64,000 nucleotides of DNA from Octopus sinensis (taxonomy: Eukaryota). The notes under the pieces are model-generated. The model had not been told where the DNA came from and ran no database searches. It saw only the letters and a program-made list of their open reading frames with translations. Shown piece by piece: positions 11,457 to 24,873 of this stretch (position 1 is its first letter; every line of letters starts with the position of its first letter). Both the position numbers and the translations under genes were made by a program. Location: assembly GCF_006345805.1 (NCBI RefSeq), contig NC_043014.1, forward strand, positions 31,744,001-31,808,000. Direction: 5' to 3'.

Positions 11457-11459
<3 letters not shown>
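10904..11459 (-). mobile_element. ~555-bp non-coding repeat embedded in (TAA)n, copy 1
   Basis: Highly similar to 30465-30988. Flanked by TTA arrays on both sides. No ORF and no tRNA head. Confidence 0.85.
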
Positions 11460-11532
<73 letters not shown>

Positions 11533-13077
11533 TAAAACAATTTGATTTGGCCTCATGCAGCTAAAGTTAAATGCACACCTACATTTATAAATACATAGCT
11601 GTAATTGAATCAATCAAAGTAGATGACTACCATATGTAGGACTCAATACGAATTATGAGCGAAAAGTTTAATTATGTCTTTGTAAAAAAGTCTGCACTTT
11701 GATACATTGCTTTGCTATCCAATGGTTTTGTGTTTGATCTGTTGCATGATATCCTAGATAAGTATCTTCTATAATGCTATGTGACTGAATTTGGTGAATA
11801 GAAACTACATGGAGACCTGTCATATAGACACACATATGCCCACACATGTCCTCTCATTGAGACTGCTTGAGCCGTGGCATGTTTGTTTATATCACACATA
11901 AAGAGTACAGATGGTTGCAATCTCCATGATAGTAACTTCTGTTAATATTCCAGGAATGTTATGTATAAAGGTTACACATCTCTGAAGACTTGACAATACA
12001 TTTTGTATATGTAATTTACATTATACAACAAATAGTTAATAAAAAATATGTAAAATTGTAGCTAAATATTCTATATATAATCTCTTGTGTTTTGTTTTGT
12101 TTTTTTACATGTACTCAGTGATATACCCAAATTTTGAATTCATACCAAATGATATGAGGACAATAGCATGAGCACAGTGCACATGAAATTCTATATATTG
12201 GTTATTCATCATGTAATTTAGATTTTAATTCACACTATATATACACTCACACACATACACACGTAAATATGTATATATACATATACGCATATACACATAT
12301 ATATTAGGCATAAGGTCAGGAGGTATGAGATGTGAATATAGATTTATTTAACCATGTAACTTCTATAAGATTATGTGGGCTGATAACCGAGTCCATAGGA
12401 GGGGCTTACTGTGATAGCTGCATGATTATCTGAATCCATATCTTTGACTCGTACTTGTTGACTCCAACTTATTCAATTATATATGCATGTATGTATGTAT
12501 GTATGTAAGTATGTATGTATGTGTGCACCATATCATATTTTATGACCATTTTTGTTGCACTTCCTCTCAGTCTATCAAACTATCTTCAAATTATAATAAA
12601 CAAAACAAATGAAAATAACTAAAATGAGTCAATGGAACAAACTTCAGTAAATAAGTTATGGAGTGATGTACTGAACGCCATATTTAAAACATTCTTAATT
12701 AAATGAATTTTGCCACTTAGGTAGAAAACAAAAACAAAATTATTAATTTTTCATTACTTAAAAGTAAGAATTAATAATTTTCTTCTTTTAAAATGCTCTT
12801 TCTTCAACAAAACGAGAAATTTCATTCAATTATGATTTTTTTGTTACATACAGTGTTGAGTACATCATGTTTTAATTTTTCTATTGAATTTCAATCATTG
12901 GTTCATTTAAGTTGTTTTCATTAGCTCATTTTATTTTTTCCTCTTTTGTCCTTTTCTTGTTTCAGTGATTGGATTGCAGCCATGCTGGGGAATCGCTTTG
13001 AAAGGTTTTAGTACAACAAATTGACACCAGTACTATTTTTATTTTCTTAAAGGCTATTATATATATATATATATATA

Positions 13078-13957
13078 CAGGGGTTGGACAAAATAATGGA
13101 AACACCTAGCATCATAGCTTTTTATGCTTTTTGATTTATTACTAGTGTTGCTTTATATGTTTTGCTAAAATTGATGTTTCTGATATCATCAGAAAAAGGT
13201 AATTAAAATTCATTAAAATGACAGATCGATTGGACTTTCAAAGAATTCAAATTGTTGGTGCTCATATGGCAGGCACTAGCGTAATGAAAACAGCCGAAAT
13301 GTTTGGTGTATCAAGAAGTACTGTCTTTGAGAAAGCCTTTGAGAAAGAGGGAAAAACCTCTTAGTGGAAACAAAACTCTAATAGAAAACCCAAACTTTCA
13401 GATAGGGACCATCGAAATCTTACATGAATTGTTAGAAAGGATCACAAAAGTACAGCTCCCAAAGTTACTGCAGGGCTTAATGACTACCTTGATAACCCAG
13501 TTTCTGCAAAACCATTTACCAGTAGCTGCACAAAGCCAGATTTCACAGGAGGGCTGTAATCAGAAAACCACTACTTTCAAAAACAAACTTTGCAAAGCAT
13601 TTAGAATAGAGTAAAATCCTACAGAATTGGTCCTTAGAACAGTGGAAGAATGTACATGTGTGGAGACAGCCAAAAGAAGCATTTGACCCAGACTGCTTTC
13701 TTCCAACTGTTAAACATGGAGGAGGATCTGTGATGATCTGGAGGGCTATATTTTGAAAATCTGCTGGCCCAATGGTTTCCCTTCATGGCAGAATTAATAG
13801 TGAAGACTATTTAAGCATTTTATCTGATCAAATTCATCCTATAGTTGTAGAACTGTTTCTGGAGTGAAACGCAATCTTTCAGGATGATAATGCACCAATT
13901 CACACAGCTAAAGTTGTTACTGAATGGCACTAGGAACTTTCTAGTGAAGTTGAACAT
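13078..13957 (+). mobile_element. Tc1-like DNA transposon, 3'-truncated, with decayed transposase
   Basis: TA-CAGGGGTTGGACAAAATAATGGAAACACC left TIR. From 13218: MTDRLDFQRIQIVGAHMAGTSVMKTAEMFGVSRSTV. QDDNAPIHTAK near 13880. Interrupted by a SINE at about 13958. Confidence 0.88.
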
Positions 13958-14584
13958 GCCTAGCTGCATTTTGTCTGTCTTTACATTCTGAGTTCAAATG
14001 CAACCAAGGGCGACTTTGCCTCTCATCCTTTTGGGGCTGATAAGTAGCAGTTGAACACTTGGGTTGATATCATCAACTTACCCCTTCCCCCAAAATTGCT
14101 GGCCTTGTGCCAAAATTTGAAACCAATTATCTCTCCTTTTCTTTCAGTGCTACCAACAATTGCCACAAGGGTTTGTTTTCTTTCTCCAAGTAACTGGAAA
14201 ATTATTTCAATTAAGAATATTTTTATTTACAGCATTCAATACCTCAACCCTTAACTAATTTCTACAAATTATTGGTTTCTCTAATTAATATTCATTAACT
14301 AATTTTTTTCTATCATTTTCCTCCTTTATTTATTTTGTTTTAATTCTCTCAGAATACTTGATTCTCTTTCAATTATTCTCCTTCATCCTCTCCCACCTCC
14401 TTCATCCTGGTTCATTACCTATTCTCTTCCTTTTGTCCTCTTCTTTCTTTCACTTCTTCCTGTCTGGTTTTTCTCTTCCTTTTTCTATGCCTTTCTTTCC
14501 TCAGTTTTCCTGTCTGCAAGTATTTTTTTTATACCTTTCCTCTCTACTTGCCCCTCTTTCCTATTTACATCTATGTCAATATTG

Positions 14585-14670
14585 CTTCCATCTTTTTTTT
14601 CATTCTTCTTCTTCTTCTTCTTCTTCTTCTTCTTCTTCTTCTTCTCCTCCTCCTCCTCCTCCTCCCCATC
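14585..14670. repeat. (TTC)n/(CCT)n polypyrimidine tract
   Basis: Read directly. Confidence 0.9.
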
Positions 14671-15584
14671 TCTGTTTTCCCTTCCCCTCCTACTTTCCCT
14701 ACTCTTCTTTCCTCTTCCCCTCCTCTCCCTGATCCTTCTCCTCCTCTTCCACACCCACATTACTACACCCAGACTCCCCCATCAGGATAATCACCCCCAT
14801 GCCACCCCACTGCCACAACAGACAACATGGACACTTGTCTTCTCATTCACTGTTCCTTAATTTACTGTCTGAAAGATGAGTGAATGGGGTGACTGGGTGA
14901 GTGGGTGGTGGACATGTAGCTAGAGAGGGAGAGAGAGAAGGGCACAGTCAACGTTAAAAAAACACACACTGAGTTTGAACTTACTGCGTGTATATGAGTG
15001 TGGGGAGAGAGCAAATGTGTGTGTGTGTGGTGTGTGTGTGTGTGAAGTGCACGTGTGTTTGTATTTTACGAATTAGATTTTTATTGTACTTTCCGCAAAT
15101 GTATTGAAATTCTGTTTGGGGAATTAATCCCTGTAATCAAACTCTGGACTTTGTTGAAATTAAATAAATAAGGTAGTAACAACAACAACAACAACAACAA
15201 TAATAATGATAATAATTCTGATGATGATGATGATGGCAATGGTGATGAAGATGATGATGATGATGATGTTTGTTAATAACTTGGAGGAAAGAGATAATAA
15301 TATAATAATAAAAAATATATAAATATATATTTAAAATAAAAGAATTAAAGTGCAAAATAGAAGAGAAATAAAGAAAAGAAGAAGAGATTTTAATTTAGTC
15401 AATTAAATGAGTCAGCAATATTAAATCAATGCTAGAATGCTGGAATTGTGGAATTGGCAAAAGAATTAAAATTCTAGTCTAAATATCTTATCATTTGTAG
15501 TCCCTTAAATTTTGAGAGTTTGAATTTAGTTAAGCAGGGTCTGATTTTTGTACTTTGTCCTTTGCCCCTATAATGTAGATTTAG

Positions 15585-16125
15585 AGGCATAGGTGTAGGA
15601 GTGGCTGTGTGGTAAGTAGCTTGCTTACCAACCATATGGCTCTGGGTTCAGTCCCACTGCATGTCACCTTGGGCAAGTGTCTTCTACTATAGCCTCAGGC
15701 CGACCAAAGCCTTGTGAGTGTATTTGGTAGACGGAAACTGAAAGAAGCCTGTTGTATATATAGCTTCGTCTGGTCCCCGTGCCGGTGGCACGTAAAAACC
15801 ACCATCCGATCGTGTCCGTTTGCCAGCCTCGTCTGGCACCTGTGCCGGTGGCACATAAAAAGCACCCACTACACTCACAGAGTGGTTGGCGTTAGGAAGG
15901 GCATCCAGCTGTAGAAACACTGCCAGATCAGACTGGGCCTGGTGCAGCCTTCTGGCTTCCCAGACTCCAGTTGAACCGTCCAACCCATGCCAGCATGGAA
16001 AGCTGACGTTAAACGATGATGATGATGATGATGATATGTATATTTGTGTATACGTTTGTGTGTCTGTGTTTGTCTCCCCAACATCACTTTACAACCAATA
16101 CTGGTGTGTTACATCCCCGTAACTT
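15585..16125 (+). mobile_element. Family A SINE with an RTE tail fragment (about 15765-16033) nested in its internal microsatellite
   Basis: SINE head to 15760, then RTE 3' end with (GAT)n, then the SINE tail resumes (GTCTGTGTTTGTCTCCCC...). Confidence 0.85.
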
Positions 16126-17889
16126 AATGTATGTTTTATTTATTATTTTGCACATTACTTAATCATTGGTATATGTTTTATCTTATATTTAATCTTTCTA
16201 TAAGATGTAATTTTTCTAAATGGTATAATTTAATTTTTTCATTATTGAATTAATAAAAGGTGTTTTTTTTCTAATATATATATGTAGATATGTAAATGTA
16301 TATATGTATATATATCGATCCAGGAATCGAAACAACAACCTTATGATCATGAGTTCAACACCCTAACCACTAAGCCACACACCTCCACACATACACACAT
16401 GCATGTACACATGCATATATGCATTTATGTATCTCATTAGCAGCTAATATCTTACCAGATATATCCTTGTTTGAGATTTAATATGATGCCTCCTTGCATG
16501 TTGCAAAAGGGTCGATGAAAGGAAGGGCATCTTGCTATAAAAATACTGCCTCTGAAAATCTTCCCAACTCATGCCAGCATGGAAAAACAGACTTAAAATA
16601 CTGCTGATAATAACTGATTTCAAACTTTCAGAAAAGGCCAGCAATTTTTGAAGGAAGTGGTAAGTTGATTAGATTGAACCCAGTACTTAACTGGTATTTA
16701 TTTTATTGACCCTGAAAGGATGAAAGGCAAAGTTGACTCTAGTAGAATTTGAACTCAGATTGTAAAAATGCATGAAATTCTGCTAAGCATTTGCCTGGCA
16801 TGCTGACAATTCCACCAGCTCACTACTTTGGTACTACTGATAATAACTACCAGCTAATTTTATGATTGCTACTTTTTGTCATCTAATTAGTTTTGATTGG
16901 TTGTCATTCATTGACATACACTTCATGTCTCATTTTGAATTATCACAAATATACCATATGTATAGCACTTTCCAACAAATATAACCAGGGTGTAATTAAA
17001 ACACTTTACTGTTAGTACCTCTTATTCTTTTGTTTTAGAATGCATATCTTGGCATCCAGCCATGATTGTTCAATTATTTCCATGTTTGCTTCTGTCACTG
17101 GTTTCACATAATTTTCTTAATGGTCCACTATTAAATGCAGATAACCAATGGCATTTAGGTTCCCATACACAGGTCATTCACCTAAATGAGTCACTGAAGT
17201 AGTCTCTCAATCATGCTGAATGATGGAGAATTTAATGCTTCTTAGAGGTAATATTTATTCTCATTTAAACATGGTTGTTCTGTTAGAATAAACTATACTA
17301 TGATAGACACCATGAGAGAAACTACCATAATAACTTTTTATCCAAAATGCACTCTAGTTTATAGTGCTAGTGGGGAGGTTAACCTCTACCATCTCCAGCA
17401 CTGAGACCACCAGAACACATGATTTCAAACTTCTTTGGTTTTGTCAATGATGGACACTTGACCACTAAAGATAGCAGGATCCATTTATGTGATATAAACA
17501 AGAAGGCATTTTGCACCAAAAGCCAATGTGTGAGTTTCTCTCATGGTATCTACTGCAGTATAGCTTGTTCTAACAGAACACCCATGTTTAAGTAGGGATA
17601 AATATTACCTCTTGGTATTGATGCTACCTCTGTTGCTAATATATATATTTTTAACAAGCTCACTGGCTAATTCTGACACCAGCAGCTGTTCTGGCATTGT
17701 CAATCTATATATTGCTGGTGGAGAGATGAATCACTGCTGTCTCTAGCAGTCAAGTGTTTATCATTGACAAGACCAAACAAGGTCAAAATCATGTGATCTG
17801 GTAGTCTCAGCACTGCAGATGGCAAGGATTTATTTCCTTGCTAGAGTGTATTTTGCACCAAAAGCCAGTATCAGAGTTTCTCTCATGGT

Positions 17890-18300
17890 TTCTTATTTCT
17901 TTATTGGCCACAAGGGGCTAAACATTAGAGGGGACAAACAAGGACAGACAAAGGGATTAAGTTGATTACATAGACCCCAGTGCGTAACCGGTACTTAATT
18001 TATCGACCCCGAAAGGATGAAAGGCAAAGTTGACCTCGGTGGAATTTGAACTCAGAACGTAACGGCAAATGAAATACCTATTTCTTTACTACTCACAAGG
18101 GGCTAAACACAGAGAGGATAGACAAACGGATTAAGTCGATTGTATCGACCCCAGTGCATAACTGGTACTTAATTTATCGACCCTGAAAGGATGAAAGGCA
18201 AAGTCGACCTCGGCGGAATTTGAACTCAGAATGTAACGGCAGATGAAATACCGCTAAGCATTTCGCCTGGCATGCTAACGATTCTGCCAGCTTGCTGCCT
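17890..18300 (-). mobile_element. Head-to-tail dimer of family B SINE
   Basis: Two copies joined at GAAATACC|TATTTCTTTA (about 18077). Confidence 0.85.
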
Positions 18301-20160
18301 TATGGTATCTACTGCAATATAGTTAGTTTGTTCTAACAGAACACCCATGTATAAGTAGGGATAAATATTACCACTTGATATTAATACTGCTTCTGTCACT
18401 AAAATACAATTGCTATGTCATTGAGCATAAGAATACTGACAGCAAGAGCCTTGTATGAGACCTAAAAGACCCCAAATTAATCAATTCTAGGTCAGTGGTT
18501 CCTGTTGTTTTGTGCAACTGTATGATTACTTTCTTCAGAGAAAACAATGCAGAAAATGGTCACCATTTAGCATTAACTATGATTTTGTTTGGGCTGACCA
18601 GTAGATCTTACTTCATCAATTTGGTGTTAACTTCTGTGCCAGCCGTCTTACTACATGCATGTTAAAAACCAAAGACTCCACACTCCTATCAGTACATTCA
18701 TTCCATTATTGTATCAAATTTTCTGTTATAGTCACCGCTGTGTTTGTGGATATATTTTTAGTACAAATCCAGTTTGCACTTTAATATATTGTTGATATCC
18801 TTATAATGGAAGAATCTTTTTCCCTAATAAGGACAATACAGGCTTGTGAGCTGTTTCCTATACAGATGTATGTATGTATACAGATTGTATGAATGTACGA
18901 GAGAAAGAAAAGGAGAGGAGTTACATTTCAATAGAATATATTGCAATGTAACTCTATATAAGCGATCTGGTAGCAGTTTTGGTGTCACTGATTTGAAATC
19001 ATCGATTCTACACTGATTTGTTTGACATCAGGCATTTTGTCTTCAGGACCTTTCAGCACTGAAAATTTTATTTTTGTTTAGTTAGCCAACTAACCTGCAA
19101 TCACCATTACTAAATTACTCAGCTACTAAACTTTGTTTAACTTTCTGTTTCACTTTCGGTATAATATAATGGCTGGTGAAATATTGACAAAACATGATTA
19201 AAAAAAAAGTTTTCTCACAATAGATTTGTGCCAGTCTTTGACTAAGTAGAACTAAAAGCAAATCAAAATTTTTGTGCTCACTGTACAAAAATCAGATTAG
19301 GAGAAAGAAAAAGAGAGAAAAATATTGATTTCAATTTTGGCACAAAGCCAGCAATTTCATGGAAGTGGGTAAGTCTATTTCATCAACTCCAGTGCTCAAC
19401 TGGTACTTATTTTATTGCCCCCTCCTCAACAAAAGGAGAAAAGGCAAAGTTGACCCTGGTGACATTTGAATTCAAAACATAAAGGTGGAAAAATACTGCT
19501 AAGCATTTTGCACTGTGTTAATGATAATGCCAGCTCATCACCTTAAGAGAGAAAAATATTAAGATATATGAAATGGCCCCAGTTGCTACAAACACATTTC
19601 TTTCTCTTTCCTTCCTTCCTTCTTTCTTTCTTTCCTTCTTTCTTTCCTTCTTTCCTTCCTTCTTTCATTCTTTCTTTCCTTCCTTCCTTCCTTCCTCCTT
19701 CCTTCCTTCCTTCCTTCCTTCCTTCCTTTCTTTAGTCTAAATGTGCATGTTTGTCTATCTTTATATGTATGTAAAGAGGAGATGTGTTTGTAGCTCTGCA
19801 TGAATGTTTATGTGTGTGTGTGTGTGAGTATTTGCTTCCAATGCCAAAAAGTACCGACACCAGAAAAAGAAAAAAAAACATTGCCACAACAGGTTGAATG
19901 TTCATGCAGCCATGCCAAATTGCCAGCACCCATACAGCTGTACCTATTTGTCTCATACTGCACATTTCTACTCACCACTTCCATCACATTTTTCTTTCTT
20001 ACATAATTCTGCTGCATCAGTGACAAAGCTTTGCTTCTTGTGGTGCATCCAAAACATTGATCTAAAAGTGCAACTATGGTTTCTTCTATCAATATGATAT
20101 TTGTGAAGAAATCTTTTAACAACATCTTATGACTGATGTTCTTTACTTGGACTTTAGGGG

Positions 20161-20390
20161 TATACTCTTTACTCTCTTTTACTCTTTTACTTGTTTCAGT
20201 CATTTGACTGCGGCCACGCTGGAGCACCACCTTTAATTGAGCAACTCGACCCCAGGACTTATTTTTTTGTAAGCTCAGTACTTATTCTATCGGTCTCTTT
20301 TGCCGAACCGCTAAGTAATGGGGACATAAACACACCAGCATCAGTTGTCAAGCAATGCTAGGGGGACAAACACAGACACACAAACACACA

Positions 20391-20425
<35 letters not shown>

Positions 20426-20590
20426 GATGGGCTTCTTTCAGTTTCTGTCTACCAAATCCACTCACAAGGCTTTGGTTGGCCCGAGGCTATAGTAGAAGAC
20501 ACTTGCCCAAGGTGCCATGCAGTGGGACTGAACCTGGAACCATGTGGTTGGTAAACAAGCTACTTACCACACAGCCACTCCTGTGCCTAT
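20161..20590 (-). mobile_element. Full-length family A SINE
   Basis: Complete head, (TA)n core and (AAAGAGT)n tail. Confidence 0.9.
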
Positions 20591-21074
20591 TAATTTTAGT
20601 AATATATATCATGGGATTTCTTCCTCACTTCCATCTGAGTAAAACGTAAGTGAAAGTAGATGCAAGTACATTTCATAATTTCCCTACTTTCATTTGGTTT
20701 TACTTTTAATTTACTTTACTCATGTTTTACATTCACCTCAATTTTCTACTACTGAGGTAGATTGAATGCTGTAGTAGCACCAATTTGCTTGGAGATTCTG
20801 GATTTTAGCCCCAAAACACAGCACAGTGTTGGTGCTGGGTTACATAATTTAGACCATTTTGTCAACGGTTTGGCACACTTTCAACTTATTGCCAATTCAA
20901 AGGCAATCTTTTGCCTCACCCTCTTAGCCGTTTTGATTTTGCACACATACTAAAGATGGTACTCCACTATGGCCTTAGTCAGCATGAATAAAACAAGCTA
21001 AAGAACAAGAAGAGATAATAGCATATGAATGCCCATCTCTATCTCTCTCCCCCTCTCACTCTTTCTCTCTCTCG

Positions 21075-21105
<31 letters not shown>

Positions 21106-21859
21106 CATGTATATACATACACACACACACACACACACACACATACACATACAAACGTCAACCACAGATACATACTTGCAAATACATATATAGAATTTAT
21201 ACAGAAACAGCTTTAAAATCATACACACTTACACACAAAAAACATTCAATGATTTGCAGACTCATATATATGTATCCACAAAGATATACACTCAGAGATA
21301 AAACAAATACACTTTATGCATACATACATATATAGATACATGCATATATACATATACATACACACATACATTTATACATGTACACAAAGACATCAAGTAA
21401 TAATATACAGTTAATCACACACAGGCACACATCTACACATCAAATCTTCTCAAACAATATTCCAAGAAACTACATAAATAAATGCAAAACATGTCATTAT
21501 TAGCATTAGTAAAATTTACTTCAATCAAATTTTTTTGTTGTCTCTAACCCTGTCTCCATTTCTGTTTTTTTTCCCTCTTCTCAACATCTCAAATCACTTG
21601 CTATTGTTCAGTCGACATCGGCTGCCATGTTTTATTTTGTTTCCTTTTCTCTGCTTGAATACATTTGTCAAAGATAAAGCTGGAGAAAATGAAATAAAAA
21701 GAAAGAAAATGGAAGAAAGGCCTTTTGCTTATCAGGCTTTCCTGTTAACTTGAAATAATCCCATCTAATATGATATTATTACAATTTTACTTCGTCCATG
21801 AAAGACTAGTAATTTCGTTAATTAATGAAATATAAATATGTGTGTAATACAAATGATTT

Positions 21860-21885
21860 TATTTCCTATATGTATGCATGTGTAT

Positions 21886-21923
<38 letters not shown>

Positions 21924-21997
21924 ATGCATATGTGTGTTTATGTCTATGTATATATGTGAATATGTTTGAAAATGTATGTGTGTGCATACATATACAT

Positions 21998-22045
<48 letters not shown>

Positions 22046-22112
22046 CATATATATATATACATATATATTTATACATATATATATATATACATATATACAT
22101 ATATATATATAC

Positions 22113-22202
<90 letters not shown>

Positions 22203-22345
22203 GTATATGTATATATATATATATGCACACACATATTTTTCACATTTATGTGATACATATATACACAAAGATACACATATGCATACATACATGGTTATAT
22301 GTATGTATATGTACATTATTTCATATATATATATATTGCTGTGTG
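21860..22345. repeat. (TG)n/(TA)n compound microsatellite
   Basis: Read directly. Confidence 0.95.
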
Positions 22346-22489
22346 TATGTATGTGGGTGTATGTTTTGTTTCTTCATTTTAATTTCTTCTTGTGTTCTTT
22401 TTGTTATATATATATTTTGAGTTTTTTCTTTAGAATTTTTTCTTTTTCAAATTATTTCTTTCTGTCATGATCATATCACCATCACTAGT

Positions 22490-23090
22490 GTACCATGACA
22501 ATCCACATGATGAGGATAGTGATACATCATCATCATCCTCGTCATCATCAACATCATCATATCATCATCATCATCATCATCATTGTTATTGTCATTGTCA
22601 TATTGACATTATCAGCATCCTTCAATAATAGAAAAAAGTCTCATTAACATCTTGACCAAAAATATCCTCCCCCCTCCTCACCTCCTCCTTCTCCACCACC
22701 ACCTCCTCCTTCTCCACCACCACCACCACCACTACCACCATCAACAGTAGAAAGAAATGTCTCTACCATCATCATCATCATTGTCATCAATGCTGTCATC
22801 ATCATTATCATCATCATCATCATTGTCATTGTCAACAATGCTATCATCATTGTTACCATCATAATCATCACCATCATCATCATAATCATTGTCATTGTCA
22901 GCAATGCTGTCATCATTGTCACCATCATCATCATCATCATTGTTATTGGCACCATCATCATCATCGTCATCGTCATCCTCATCATCATTGTCATTGTCAT
23001 TGTCATCACCACCATTATCATCATTATCATCATTGCTGCTGTCAGTGTTGTCATCATCATTATTATGGTCATTGCCATCATTAATGATTT
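22490..23090. repeat. Degenerate (CAT)n/(CAC)n trinucleotide tract
   Basis: Read directly. Source of the poly-Met/Asp/Ser ORFs. Confidence 0.9.
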
Positions 23091-23123
23091 GCATTCCATT
23101 TTCTTATCTCTTTTGTAACATAT

Positions 23124-23430
23124 CGTTATATCCTTGCGCCTCCCCTCTAAATATCGTAGTACGGTTGATATTGTTGGCAATAGATAAAAAATACACTGTA
23201 ACAGTGTTATAACAATACAAAATAGAAACAGCAGCAGTAACAAACACGTAATGAATCAACAATCTTTTACACACCACCATTCAAAATTTCCAACACACTA
23301 ACTCAAACTGTAAACTGTACCTGGACTTCAAAGACTAGACTATGAACTGCCGACTATGTCGGACTGCCACTATTTATATGTAGTGGTCTTGTCTATTCTT
23401 GTCAGAGGGTATTGTATTCTTGCCACAACA
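23124..23430 (-). repeat. 3' LTR
   Basis: Minus strand TGTTGTGG...GGATATAACG. Aligns with 27419-27991. Confidence 0.9.
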
Positions 23431-23758
23431 TCTCCTCTTTTGAGATTTCGAATTCTGGAGGAATGAAGAAATTTTACTTAACATTATTATTTTTTAATAT
23501 CTTTTTTGCTTGGGCCTTATCTCAAGGTGTTTGGTTTGCTTCTGGTTTCTCATGCTGGTTACTTTCAGAGCTGGGACACCGAATACATCAAAAATACTTC
23601 CATAGGAATTTCTCTCTGTTCTTTGGTATATCTCTTCTTCAGCTGATTTATGTGTTTCTTATCTTCCCAGTGTGGCCCTTTAATTAGATACATCATACTT
23701 CCCAGCCATCTTTACCATTTCTGCAGGTTTTAAAATGCACTTTATCTCCTACTTCAAA

Positions 23759-24451
23759 CTATTTCATTACATCTTTTGTATTTCCTTTACATCTTTTTTT
23801 CTCTATTAATAACTTACCAAAAATCGATTTTATTCTTCTCACAAACATCAACTCTGTGGGTGACTTTTCTGAATTTGTACTTGGATTGGGGGTTACTCTA
23901 TATACCCTTAAGAATTTTGTTAGTGCTTCATTGTTACTTAATTTGTTCCTAGCTTTTCTTAATGCACTTTTGAACATGTCCATGAATCTTTCTACCTGCT
24001 CATTTGACATCGGGTGGTAGGGTGGAGTGAAAATATGCATTATTAAGTGCATTTTACAGTTGAATTCATACTCCAAGAATTGTGTTCCATTATCAGAAAC
24101 TATTATGTCTGGAACACCGTATTGTGCATACAGGAATTTTATAGTTGTCTTAGCAATTGGTTTATTGCACCTGCATGCCTCTGGCCACTTTGTACAGCTG
24201 TCTACCATGATTAGATAGTAAGCACCATTCACCAGTCCAGCACAGTCAATATGTAACCTAATCCATGAGTTCTCAATCTCCAGCCATGATTGATATTTTA
24301 CCAGCGGGACTTTGGCTGTGTGCATGCAACTTTGACAAGTTCTCACAAAAGTTTTGATATCTTGGTCCATAGTTGGCCAATAGATGTAACTTCTCATCAG
24401 AGCTTTCATCCTTGACATTCCTGGGTGTCTGCTGTGGAATTGCTGCAACAA
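23759..24451 (-). pseudogene. Gypsy integrase
   Basis: HSRHPGMSRMKALMRSYIYWP...CQSC (HHCC), HIDCAG, SDNG, QVERF (DDE). Confidence 0.9.
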
Positions 24452-24873
24452 ACATTTCTGTAATGTAGTCGGTACTACAACTCTTTAGACATACATCAGA
24501 ATATCATCACTTATTGAGAAACTACTTGAATTTGTATTTTCATTCTGCTTATTTTTTAAAGCTTCTTTCATTTTTGTAATATCTCATTGTATACAGATTT
24601 CATTCTTATATCTTGTGCAGTCTCTGGCTGTTCTTGGATAACATTAGCCATAATACTTTTTATTTCAATTTCTGCCTGCAGTGTGGCTATCATGGTAAAT
24701 TCTAGTGGTTCCATATTTTTGACAGTCCACATGACAGTCTGCATGACCAATTTTTTTTCTTTTTGAAGGAATATACTACATTTTGAAATTGTAATTTAGT
24801 AATATTATACCTCAATGTTATAGTCGGTTCACTGTATGGGTGGGTAACCCTTTCTTTGACCCATAAATTGATA

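Noticed and set aside
13170-13200. CUGAUGA-UAUCA-GAAAC motif in the Tc1 leader
   Set aside because: Stem II cannot form, and the motif is part of the Tc1 5' region.
20520-20590. tRNA genes at SINE heads
   Set aside because: A- and B-box-like motifs are present, but they continue into SINE bodies and I could not form a proper cloverleaf.
21859-23243. Long ORFs rich in YI, M, D, S or HT
   Set aside because: These are translations of (TA)n, (CAT)n and (CA)n microsatellites. The same applies to ORFs at 43539-43989, 55398-55992 and 60596-61955.
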